NCBI GenBank assembly: GCA_963768055.1
Contig: CAVYGN010000002.1
Coordinates: 960,001 to 1,024,000, forward strand
DNA length: 64,000 nucleotides
Reading direction: 5' to 3'
Source: an uncultured Spirochaetota bacterium
GTDB lineage: Bacteria; Spirochaetota; Brevinematia; Brevinematales; JAOACQ01
Shown here piece after piece: positions 19,575 through 28,022 of this stretch. Both the position numbers and the translations under genes were made by a program. Position 1 is the stretch's first letter. Every line of letters begins with the position of its first letter. The notes below the pieces were generated by a model. The model had not been told where the DNA came from and ran no database searches. It saw nothing but the letters and a program-made list of their open reading frames with translations.

Positions 19575-19973
19575 ATGTATATGAAGGACATGCTGGGGAA
19601 TTCGATAGCTGATGATGCGGAATTTGATGATTTAGACGATTTCGATTATGTAGATCAGTTCATCTCGAAAGAGGACGAAGGGGAAGATTCGTCCGATACG
19701 GGCGATGATCTGGATGACCTGGACGATCTTTATGTGGATGAAGGCGATGATGCTGATGAACTGGGTAACGGCCTTGAATACAATGATGATGAAGAGGAAA
19801 ATTCCGAAGATGAAGATATAAACGATATGGACGAAGAGCTGGAAGCCCGTTTTATTTGTGAAGATTGCGGGCATAAATGGCTCGATTTCGTTACAGAAAC
19901 TGACGAGGAAAACGATCTTCTCGAAACGAGCTGCCCCCTGTGCGGCTCTCAGAATGTAACCATGGAAAGATGA
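19575..19973 (+). CDS. Highly acidic protein with C-terminal zinc ribbon
   Basis: D/E-dominated N-terminus; CEDC...CPLCGS; AGGAG RBS. Confidence 0.75.
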   Translation: MYMKDMLGNSIADDAEFDDLDDFDYVDQFISKEDEGEDSSDTGDDLDDLDDLYVDEGDDADELGNGLEYNDDEEENSEDEDINDMDEELEARFICEDCGHKWLDFVTETDEENDLLETSCPLCGSQNVTMER

Positions 19974-19989
19974 CGCACGGAAGATAAGG

Positions 19990-20024
19990 AAAAGGGACTG
20001 ACTTTTGAGGCAGCCCCTTTTTTT
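19990..20024. terminator. Bidirectional intrinsic terminator
   Basis: AAAAGGG-CTG..CAG-CCCTTTTTTT between convergent genes. Confidence 0.75.
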
Positions 20025-20030
20025 ATTAAA

Positions 20031-20636
20031 TTAATAAAGATAAATATCATCTATCTCAAGATCGACCGATGGAATGGGTTGAGAAGTAGTCTGCCACTGG
20101 AATCCTATCGAGTTCTTTAAAGATTCATTGAGAGGTTGTTGCTTGCCCCAACTCTCCTGCCTGAAATCCTTAAACGGGAGCGTCAGAACGGTCCAATTCC
20201 CTGTAGTCGGGACTGCGGCAGTATAATAGCAGTAATCGAGGCTGACTGTCGATCTGATCTCTATTTTATAGGTGTTGCCGTCGCCCTTGACTGAGAGCTT
20301 GATCCCTTTGTATTTGGTCAGATCGAATATATCCATGTTCGTAATATCTAAACAGATTCCTATGAAACCGTACTGGAACTTTGTAGTAACCTTGCCGGTT
20401 AATTTGGCGAAAAAATTTGAACCTTTAGCGCCTCCCTTCGGCACGTTGGTAATAGAAAATACTGCCACACTATCGCCCTGGTTGCCGGCGTCATTGACTG
20501 CGTACACGCTCCCGCCTAAAGCTGTCACCGGTTGGCCGTTTTCAAAGTCGCATACCAGTGTTTCCCCTCTTAAGAACACCTGGATAGTGAAACAAATAAC
20601 GGCGGTAAAGCAAAATATCATTACTTTCTTTAACAT
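20031..20636 (-). CDS. Secreted CIA30/CBM11-like carbohydrate-binding domain protein
   Basis: Signal peptide, DFE.G, DLTKYKGIKL.VKGDGNTY, W..LTLPFKDFRQ..WG, LEIDDI.LY. Confidence 0.75.
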   Translation of the reverse strand: MLKKVMIFCFTAVICFTIQVFLRGETLVCDFENGQPVTALGGSVYAVNDAGNQGDSVAVFSITNVPKGGAKGSNFFAKLTGKVTTKFQYGFIGICLDITNMDIFDLTKYKGIKLSVKGDGNTYKIEIRSTVSLDYCYYTAAVPTTGNWTVLTLPFKDFRQESWGKQQPLNESLKNSIGFQWQTTSQPIPSVDLEIDDIYLY

Positions 20637-20748
20637 ACCGAACCTCCTTGATTAATAATAGCTATTATTATAAGCTGCCAAGTTATTATTTGTCAAAAAA
20701 CCTGTTTCAGGTTAAAATATGTCAAAATGCTGCGGATTGGAGGCCCTT

Positions 20749-21123
20749 ATGACGGATAATAGAAAATTTTCAAGGGTCGGATTCAATATCGATTGCCGGT
20801 TTAAAACACAGAAACGGGAAATTCTATGCAGGGTCCTGAACCTTTCTCTTAAAGGGCTTCTTGCCGAAATTAATGAAAATATTAATCCGGATGATTTTAA
20901 ATACGGCACTATCGAGATAAGGCTTCTTAATTCGGATATTATTATTTCTTTTGAATCAGAACTGGTCCATCTGAAAGAAAATCAGGCCGGATTCAGGTTC
21001 GTAAAAACCGACACCGAAAGCATTACTCATCTGCGTTCAATACTGGAGGCTAATACCGGCAACCCCGATCTTATCGACAGCGAACTGCATTTCCTTGTGG
21101 AAAACAGCAAACCTCTTACTTGA
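20749..21123 (+). CDS. PilZ domain c-di-GMP receptor
   Basis: RKFSR (RxxxR) and NLSLKG (D/NxSxxG); GGAGG before ATG 20749. Confidence 0.88.
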   Translation: MTDNRKFSRVGFNIDCRFKTQKREILCRVLNLSLKGLLAEINENINPDDFKYGTIEIRLLNSDIIISFESELVHLKENQAGFRFVKTDTESITHLRSILEANTGNPDLIDSELHFLVENSKPLT

Positions 21124-21125
21124 GG

Positions 21126-21512
21126 TTAAACCTTTTTCTTGTAATAACCATACCAGAGGCATTTGTCCTGCCAGCTGCAGTTTCCGCATATCCCTTCAAG
21201 ATCTTTTATTGTAGAAAATTTTCTGTCGATCATTTTGAAAAATCCCCCGGCAGAATTTTTCGAATTAATTTTTAAGCCTAAAAAAGCCAGCACAGCCATG
21301 TCTTTAACTTTTTGGCATTCAGGCTCAATATTATGGGGGCAATAAGAACAAATTGCGTCATTTTCGGCTGTGAGTTCGACCGGGATCCCGGGATTCGCTT
21401 TTATTGCTCCGGCTATGATGTCCATATTTGTTATAAAATCCTTGCTGTACCCGTACCCCTGATATCCCCGGATGCAGAGCAGGTGGTGCGGCCTGATTCT
21501 TATAGTCCTCAA
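21126..21512 (-). CDS. DUF1284 family protein (Cys-rich)
   Basis: RPHHLLC..GY.G.GYS..F..NM, D.IC..CP, C..C.W...C; TTG start overlapping the bioY stop. Confidence 0.8.
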   Translation of the reverse strand: MRTIRIRPHHLLCIRGYQGYGYSKDFITNMDIIAGAIKANPGIPVELTAENDAICSYCPHNIEPECQKVKDMAVLAFLGLKINSKNSAGGFFKMIDRKFSTIKDLEGICGNCSWQDKCLWYGYYKKKV

Positions 21513-22132
21513 TAAACTTTTTCCGTACTTATCCCATGGATAATCAATGCCCCAGCGGCTGCTTTGATCAAATCGCCGGGAATAAAAGGAAGGGCTCCCA
21601 TCCATAAGAGTTCCGGAATACCCGGGAAATTTCCCTTGACAATGGATAACCATAAACCCAGCTGGATCAATCCGGGTATATAAACCATTACTATCAGGGC
21701 GATCGTCATGACAAAGAAAATGAAAGGCAATTTCCTCGACCGGGGATAGTTGTCGATTACATGCCCCATGAACAGGGCCGCGATTGTAAAACCGATAAAA
21801 TATCCGCCCGTCGGCCCGAGTAAAACGGAAATTCCGCTTGAGAAACCTGAGTACCAGGGAACTCCAGCGATGCCGAGCGCTATGTAAACCAGGGTACTGA
21901 TCCCTCCCCACCATCTTCCCAGCAGCACGCCGAGAAGGACCGCTCCGAAAGTCTGTCCGGTGATTGGAACCGGCGTCCAGGGCAGGAATATCTTTAGCTG
22001 GGCAAGAGCACCCAGGAGACAGGCCCCGCCCAGTGTGAGGACGGCTTTGGAAACAAGCGAAGATTCGCCCCTCCACTTATAAAAACCATAGCGGAGTTTT
22101 GAATAATTTTCTGATATGGTATCAATCTGCAT
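21509..22132 (-). CDS. bioY: Biotin transporter BioY (ECF S component)
   Basis: PVPITGQT, LGPTGGY.IGF, PFIPGDLIK. Confidence 0.95.
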   Translation of the reverse strand: MQIDTISENYSKLRYGFYKWRGESSLVSKAVLTLGGACLLGALAQLKIFLPWTPVPITGQTFGAVLLGVLLGRWWGGISTLVYIALGIAGVPWYSGFSSGISVLLGPTGGYFIGFTIAALFMGHVIDNYPRSRKLPFIFFVMTIALIVMVYIPGLIQLGLWLSIVKGNFPGIPELLWMGALPFIPGDLIKAAAGALIIHGISTEKVY

Positions 22133-22223
22133 AAACCCTCCGAATTAGAAAAAAATCGCATAAAGATTATATTTAAAACCCGGAAGATTGTCAACCCGGA
22201 AAACATTTTGGTTTACAACTATA

Positions 22224-23306
22224 TTATCTGAACAGGCGTTCGAAATAATGGGATTGTCCCAGCTGTCCGCAGGCGGCGCTGATTTCATCGCCCATGCTTT
22301 TCCTCAAAACAAAGGGGATTCTTCGGGCTGTAAGAAGTTCCATGAATTTTACGATTGATCTTTCAGACGGGCGTGAAAAAGGGAGCCCTTCTGCCGGATT
22401 GAACGCTATCAAATTCAGATTGAAGTGCAGCCCTGAGAGCATATCTTTCAATGCGTCCGCATCATGGTCTGTATCGTTGATTGTATCCAGCAAAACGTAC
22501 TCGAAGGTTATCCTGCGTCCCGTCGAATCCTGGTAATCCCGTAAAGCTTTCATCAAATCCGGGAGAGGATATTTTTTCGATACCGGCATAAGCGAGGCTC
22601 TTTTATCCTGTATTGCGGAATTCAGGGAAACGGCAAGCCTGACCTGGTGCTTTTCATTTTTAAGTTCATTTATCTGCGGTACTATCCCCGCTGTTGAAAT
22701 CGTAAAATGCCGGCTTCCCAGATTGTACCCGCCGGAATAATTCAGGATATCTATCGATTTTATAACATTTTCATAATTCAGAAGCGGTTCTCCCATTCCC
22801 ATGAAAACAATATTTGATATGTTTCTTCCACTGGTACCCGGTTGCCGGGAGATCTTTAGTATGTATTCCTCGGCAAAAAGGACTTGTGAGATTATTTCGG
22901 AGGTATCGAGATTTCTCTTGAAGACGGCCCGGCCTGTGGCGCAGAAAGAGCAGGACAGGGGACAGCCGGCTTGAGAAGAAATGCAAAGAGTTATCCTCGA
23001 TCCTTGATCTCCTCTAAATGAGTCGTCTGCAAAGATAAGCACGGATTCGATAAAATTACCGTCGGAAGTCTCGAATAGAATTTTGGCAGTGTCGGAACGC
23101 CTGTCTGAAATTGCATCCTTCAGGCCGAGATCGGCTATCCTGAATTCATTATTCAATTCTTCCCTTATGTTTTTCGAAATATCCGACATACTGTCGAACG
23201 ATAGCAGGAATTTAGAGTAAATCCATTTATAAAGCTGTCCGGCCGTATATGCAGGGTAACCTTTCGCAAGGCAGAGATTTTTTAATTCCTCCGGAGAAAA
23301 GGACAA
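22224..23306 (-). CDS. rlmN: 23S rRNA/tRNA m2A methyltransferase (radical SAM)
   Basis: CISSQAGCPLSCSFCATG, MGMGEPL, TFEYVL, AACGQL. Confidence 0.96.
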   Translation of the reverse strand: MSFSPEELKNLCLAKGYPAYTAGQLYKWIYSKFLLSFDSMSDISKNIREELNNEFRIADLGLKDAISDRRSDTAKILFETSDGNFIESVLIFADDSFRGDQGSRITLCISSQAGCPLSCSFCATGRAVFKRNLDTSEIISQVLFAEEYILKISRQPGTSGRNISNIVFMGMGEPLLNYENVIKSIDILNYSGGYNLGSRHFTISTAGIVPQINELKNEKHQVRLAVSLNSAIQDKRASLMPVSKKYPLPDLMKALRDYQDSTGRRITFEYVLLDTINDTDHDADALKDMLSGLHFNLNLIAFNPAEGLPFSRPSERSIVKFMELLTARRIPFVLRKSMGDEISAACGQLGQSHYFERLFR

Positions 23307-23335
23307 TAATTTTTCCAGCCGGGTCCTCCTTTATT

Positions 23336-24247
23336 TTAGAATTCCTGGTACCATGCATTCTCAAAGCCGAGTTTATCTGCAAAATCAAGGACTTGTTCAT
23401 ATTCTTCAAAACTGATTTTTCTGTTTAATTCAGGCAGAAAGCTTTCGCCTATTTTATATGCAGGAAAATACTGGCCCATAAGGGAAAGATGGACTTTGTT
23501 CGATAAATGGTCCTTGATCCACTGAAGAACGCTTTTAGAATTATCCAAATTTCCAGGAAGCACAAGATGCCTTATAATAAGGCCGCTTTCGGCGATCCCT
23601 TCACTGTCCTTGTGCAATTCATATCCTGTCTTTTCGTAAATCCTCCCCAAAGTTTTACAGTTCTCCTCGAAATAACGGCCTGATTTAGAATATTTTTCAG
23701 AAATTTCCGGGCTATAGTATTTTGCGTCAGGAAGATAAATATCGATTATTCCCTCGAGGTCTTCTATGACATCGGAACGGTCAAAGCCGCCGGAATTAAA
23801 AACAAGGGGAATATCAAGCCCCTTTTCATAAGCCAGGTTCAGGGCTTCGACTATCTGGAACAGGTAGTGGCTTGGAGTGACGAGATTAATATTATGTGCC
23901 TTTCTTGCCTGCAGGCCGAGCATAACCCCGGCCAATTCTTCGGTTGTAAAGCTCCTGTGAGACGCTCGAAGCTGGCTGATAGGGAAATTCTGGCAGAAGG
24001 AGCATTTCATATTACAGCCGGTAAAAAAGACCGTGCCGCTCCCGTTTATCCCTGAAATTGGAGGTTCTTCGCCATGGTGTATATTAAAGCTTGAAACCCT
24101 TGTAAGCCATGGTTCCCCGCACTTTCCAGCTGCCAGGTTCCTGTCGATGCCGCAGCGGTGAGGGCAGATATCGCACTTATATCTGACATTTTTATATTTC
24201 TCCAGAAAATACGAAGTCTTTTCCAATTTTATCTTTTTATCAAACAT
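23336..24247 (-). CDS. Radical SAM protein, PflX-like
   Basis: C.ICPH.C, H.GEEPPISG..GSGTVFF.GCNMKC.FCQN, IIRHLVLPG. Confidence 0.9.
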   Translation of the reverse strand: MFDKKIKLEKTSYFLEKYKNVRYKCDICPHRCGIDRNLAAGKCGEPWLTRVSSFNIHHGEEPPISGINGSGTVFFTGCNMKCSFCQNFPISQLRASHRSFTTEELAGVMLGLQARKAHNINLVTPSHYLFQIVEALNLAYEKGLDIPLVFNSGGFDRSDVIEDLEGIIDIYLPDAKYYSPEISEKYSKSGRYFEENCKTLGRIYEKTGYELHKDSEGIAESGLIIRHLVLPGNLDNSKSVLQWIKDHLSNKVHLSLMGQYFPAYKIGESFLPELNRKISFEEYEQVLDFADKLGFENAWYQEF

Positions 24248-24288
24248 TAAACCTATTCTTGCCCGGCAATATCGATCAGGCGCCTCAG

Positions 24289-25173
24289 CTACTTTCCCGT
24301 TTTAAGGGGGAGGACGCCGGCCATTTCACCGAGAACGTTAACAAGATCCGAACCCGTAGGAATGACTACTTTCGAGTTACTCTTAAGCGCGTCTTCCACC
24401 ATCTGTATCCTTCTGAGGATCTGGGCGTTTCCGACAAAATACTGGTTTGCGGCTTCATTGACCAGCTTTATGGCCTGTGCTTCTCCTTCGGCCTTGAGGA
24501 TTTCGGCCTGCCTGATGCCCTCCGCCTTTTTTATCTCGGCCCTTTTCTGGCCGTCTGCGGCTGTTTCGGTCGCTGTCGCGTAATCGATGGCCGCGATCTT
24601 TTCATTTTCGGCCTTGACGACCTTGTTCATCGTTTCCTGCACGTCCTTCGGCGGGTCGATCTCCTTTAACTCGGTCCTCACTATATCGAGGCCCCAGCTG
24701 CTTGTTTCATTGAGCAGGGTCTTCAGGAGGTCGGAATTAATCCTCGACCTTTCGCTGTTAGCAGATTTAAGGGTCATTGTACCGATTATATTTCTTAGCG
24801 TAGTTCTCGCGAGATTCACGATCTGAAGCTGGTAATTGTAGACATTATATTGCGACCTCTTCACGCTTTCCTCGTCCTGCCTCACTTTGAAATAAACCTG
24901 GGCGTCCACTTTTGCGTTCAGGTTGTCGTTAGTGATGATCTCCTGGGTCTCGGCGTTAACCAGCTGTTCGGTTATATTGACCAGGTACATCTTTTCTATA
25001 ACGGGAAAGATCCAGTGAAATCCGGGATTGGCGAACCTTGCGTATTTTCCGAACCTTTCAATAAGACCCCTGTAGATCGGCCTTACGATTTTAATTCCTG
25101 AAAAGAAAAGTATAACGATAACAATACCGGCTAAATAATATAGCCATGTGTAACTGGCGGCTGTTTCTGCCAT
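24289..25173 (-). CDS. SPFH/Band 7 domain membrane protein
   Basis: N-terminal TM, ERFGKY, QEIIT.DN, LRNIIG, AE-rich coiled coil. Confidence 0.92.
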   Translation of the reverse strand: MAETAASYTWLYYLAGIVIVILFFSGIKIVRPIYRGLIERFGKYARFANPGFHWIFPVIEKMYLVNITEQLVNAETQEIITNDNLNAKVDAQVYFKVRQDEESVKRSQYNVYNYQLQIVNLARTTLRNIIGTMTLKSANSERSRINSDLLKTLLNETSSWGLDIVRTELKEIDPPKDVQETMNKVVKAENEKIAAIDYATATETAADGQKRAEIKKAEGIRQAEILKAEGEAQAIKLVNEAANQYFVGNAQILRRIQMVEDALKSNSKVVIPTGSDLVNVLGEMAGVLPLKTGK

Positions 25174-25196
25174 ATCGATCCTCCTTTATTTTTTAA

Positions 25197-26195
25197 TTAC
25201 AGCGATTGCGCAACAGTAATAGCTGATACGATCATAATATCCTCCGGGGTTGCTCCCCGCGACAGGTCGTTGACCGGTTTGGAAAGGCCCTGTAAAAGAG
25301 GGCCGTAAGCGTCGGCCTTCGAAAGCCTTTGAGTGATCTTATAGCCTATATTTCCGCTGTTGAGGTCTGGAAATATCATTACATTGGCATGACCGGCTAC
25401 CTGGGAAAGCGGGGCTTTAAGTTTCGCAACCACTGAATCGACGGCGGCATCGAACTGCATTTCCCCGTCGAAAAGAAAATTAACGTTCCTCTCTTTAAGC
25501 AGCCTTACGGCTTCCCGCACCTTCAAAACGGAAGGAGAATCTGCGCTGCCGATGGTTGAAAAGGAAAGCAAAGCGACAACGGGTTCAGTGTTCAGGAGTT
25601 TCCTGCATGTGTCTGCTGAGGAAACGGCAATGTCCGCAAGCTGATCGCTTGAAGGTTCGGGTACTACTCCGCAGTCGGCGTAAACGAAAGTGCCCTCTTT
25701 TCCATAAATACAATCAGGCACTGTAATAACAAAACTGCCCGATACTGTTTTTATCCCATCCTTTGGTTTTACGATTATAAGTGAGGCCCTCACGGTTTTT
25801 GCCGTCGGTGTCATGCTTCCTGAAACCATAGCGTCCACTTCCCCTGTATGAAGAAGCATCGCCCCATGGTAAACGGAATCTCTCATCAACTGGTCGGCTT
25901 CACCCTCGGTCATCCCTTTAGTTTTCCTGGACTCGTAAAGAATATTCGAATAATCGGAAAGTTTTGGTGAAACTGCAGGGTCCATTAGAGTGACCCCGGC
26001 AAGCGATATACCCTCTTTCCTGGCGGCAACTTCCATTTCCTGGGGTTTGCCCATGACAATAAGTTCGCTTGTAAATTTTTCCTTTATGATCATCTCTGCC
26101 GCTTTCAGCACGCGCCTGTCTTCGCCTTCCGGCAGAACAAGGCGCCTCGGGGAAGATTTAACAATATCCAGGATTTTATTTCTAAAATCGTACAT
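25197..26195 (-). CDS. pta: Phosphate acetyltransferase
   Basis: LVLPEGED.R, LLSFST.GS, DGEMQFDAA, FPDL.SGNIGYK, QGL.KPVNDLSRG. Confidence 0.96.
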   Translation of the reverse strand: MYDFRNKILDIVKSSPRRLVLPEGEDRRVLKAAEMIIKEKFTSELIVMGKPQEMEVAARKEGISLAGVTLMDPAVSPKLSDYSNILYESRKTKGMTEGEADQLMRDSVYHGAMLLHTGEVDAMVSGSMTPTAKTVRASLIIVKPKDGIKTVSGSFVITVPDCIYGKEGTFVYADCGVVPEPSSDQLADIAVSSADTCRKLLNTEPVVALLSFSTIGSADSPSVLKVREAVRLLKERNVNFLFDGEMQFDAAVDSVVAKLKAPLSQVAGHANVMIFPDLNSGNIGYKITQRLSKADAYGPLLQGLSKPVNDLSRGATPEDIMIVSAITVAQSL

Positions 26196-26223
26196 ATAAA
26201 TTACCCCTTATAATACACTTTTA

Positions 26224-26727
26224 TCATAGTACCTGACTGAATTTCTCCTTTAATTTTTCCCATACGAAAGGATGCACCTTCTGCGAGATATCCCCCCCGA
26301 GCCTGGCGATTTCTTTAACCATCGAAGAACTTACGAAAAGGTTTTCTTCGCTTGCCATAAAAAAAACAGTTTCCGCAGCTTTATTTAAATGTGTATTTAA
26401 AGAAGCAAGCTGCAATTCGTATTCAAAGTCGGATATAGCCCGGAGCCCCCGGACTATAGCCATTGCGCTTTCTTTAACGACGAAATCGACAAGAAGCCCG
26501 TACATGCTTGTGACGGTAATATTCTTGTAGCCTTCGAAAACCGCTTTAAGCATATTGAGACGTTCTTCCACCGGGAAGAGCACGCCTTTTGTGTCGTTGT
26601 CCGCGACGGCAATGACAACTTCGTCGAAAATCTGCGAGGCCCTGAGGGCTATATCGAAGTGGCCGTTAGTGGGAGGGTCGAAAGTCCCCGGATATACCGC
26701 TTTTTTGATAGATTTATTATCATTCAT
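26224..26727 (-). CDS. coaD: Phosphopantetheine adenylyltransferase
   Basis: YPGTFDP.TNGH, RGLRA.SDFEYE, SSS.VKEIA. Confidence 0.97.
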   Translation of the reverse strand: MNDNKSIKKAVYPGTFDPPTNGHFDIALRASQIFDEVVIAVADNDTKGVLFPVEERLNMLKAVFEGYKNITVTSMYGLLVDFVVKESAMAIVRGLRAISDFEYELQLASLNTHLNKAAETVFFMASEENLFVSSSMVKEIARLGGDISQKVHPFVWEKLKEKFSQVL

Positions 26728-26768
26728 CCTATAAATCCTGATTTATATTTTATCATAAATAGGGTAAA

Positions 26769-26860
26769 ATGGAAAGTATTTTAAAAAATGGAGACGCATG
26801 GAAGACGCATGAAGGACACAATGGATGAGAAGCCGCAATTATTTTAACTTTGAATAAGGA
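26769..26860 (+). repeat. Short degenerate tandem repeat / cluster of ANGGA motifs
   Basis: ATGGAGACGC-ATGGAAGACGC-ATGAAGGACAC-AATGGA plus flanking ATGGA (26769) and AAGGA (26856). Confidence 0.55.
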
Positions 26861-27002
26861 AACGCCTTCCCATTCCCGGGATGAATCGCATTCTAATCAG
26901 TCACCTGCATAATTTCATTTGATTTTTTAATTTGATTTTTTAAACAATTGTTTATAAGTTTATCTGAAACGCAAAATAATTCTAATAAAGGAGGCGTAAA
27001 TA

Positions 27003-27133
27003 ATGCAAAAAATAACACCATGCCTGTGGTTTGACGGCAAGGCCGGGGAAGGGCGGTAATGACGGTTACGTTCCTGCTCGAGGGCCAGGAATTCATGGCC
27101 TTAAACGGGGGCCCGGCATTTGCGTTTACCCCT
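27003..27133 (+). pseudogene. Internally deleted VOC/PhnB-like (3-demethylubiquinone methyltransferase-like) gene remnant
   Basis: AAGGAGG RBS, MQKITPCLWFDGKA then a frame change to VMTVTFLLEGQEFMALNGGP.F.F.P; both are hallmark motifs and the intervening segment is missing. Confidence 0.85.
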
Positions 27134-27162
27134 CGATTGAGGAACCTGCGGAGGGTATAACT

Positions 27163-27336
27163 ATGACAAGCCTTTCCAGGGCAAGGGAAATAACATTAAT
27201 CTTAGCGCTGCCAATCCTGTTGATCATTTTTTTGATTAATTCGATACGAAATAAAATGAAGCAAAAAAAAAGAAAAAAAAATTACTTCACCATAAAGACG
27301 CCAAGATCGCAAAGAAAGACAAGGCTACGGAAATAA
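27163..27336 (+). CDS. Possible small single-TM protein with basic tail
   Basis: GGAGGG RBS, one hydrophobic helix then a K/R-rich tail; 3' end runs into a repeat. Confidence 0.35.
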   Translation: MTSLSRAREITLILALPILLIIFLINSIRNKMKQKKRKKNYFTIKTPRSQRKTRLRK

Positions 27337-27430
27337 TATTATAAATATTTTATCCACTTTGCGTCCTTTGCAACCTCTTTCCGGCCTTTGCGGTTAAACC
27401 CCAAATAATGAAACGTTAAGAACGCAAAGA
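27286..27430. repeat. REP-like inverted repeat built from CGCAAAG/CTTTGCG units
   Basis: CACCATAAAGACGCCAAGATCGCAAAG ... CTTTGCGTCCTTTGC..CCTTTGCGGTTAA, plus a further AACGCAAAG. Confidence 0.6.
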
Positions 27431-27584
27431 CTGGAAAATGCATTATTTCGATTTTTTATTGCTTTTATTTATCTATCGAATTATCATTTTTTATCATTTA
27501 AGAGACAGCTTTAAGAGTAATTATCAGAAAAATGCCGCCCCGGTTTAAAGCAGGCAAAAATTGCAAAAGGAGGATTTTTCTTAT

Positions 27585-28022
27585 ATGCCCCGCAATCTGA
27601 AAATCGATATTGACGATCTTATTTTTGCCATGCAGAACCATGATACCTGGTTCGACCAGTATCTGGATTTGAAAACAGGCAAAATAATAGCGGATGATGA
27701 AGAATCTTATGAAGACCCTGAAGAAGAATTCGATAAGAACGATCCCGACCGTTATCTTTCCATTGAACCGTACCCTTCCAATGAAGGCTTCAGGATGATG
27801 GAAGAATTCATAGAGGGAGTGGAAAACCTGAAAGCGAGGGAAAACCTTTTTAAAGCCATATCCGGAGCAAGGCCTTTCCGGAATTTCAGGGACGCTCTCC
27901 TGGAATACCCGGAAATACGGGATGCATGGTATAAATTCGAGGAAGAGAGGATGAAGCAATACGCGCTGGAATGGCTGAGGGATAACGATATCGAGCCGGA
28001 GGCAGGGAATGAAATATCCTGA
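27585..28022 (+). CDS. UPF0158 family protein
   Basis: YLDLKTGKI, FRMMEEF, AISG.RPFR.FRD.L, WY.F, EWL.DN.I; AGGAGG RBS. Confidence 0.88.
   Translation: MPRNLKIDIDDLIFAMQNHDTWFDQYLDLKTGKIIADDEESYEDPEEEFDKNDPDRYLSIEPYPSNEGFRMMEEFIEGVENLKARENLFKAISGARPFRNFRDALLEYPEIRDAWYKFEEERMKQYALEWLRDNDIEPEAGNEIS

Noticed and set aside
21513..22076. N-terminal extension of the 316-aa ORF 21126..22076
   Set aside because: It is an alternate frame of bioY; DUF1284 similarity begins only at about 21512.
26788..27430. CRISPR array
   Set aside because: Repeats are 9-11 bp, degenerate and lack unique ~30-bp spacers; there are no cas genes.
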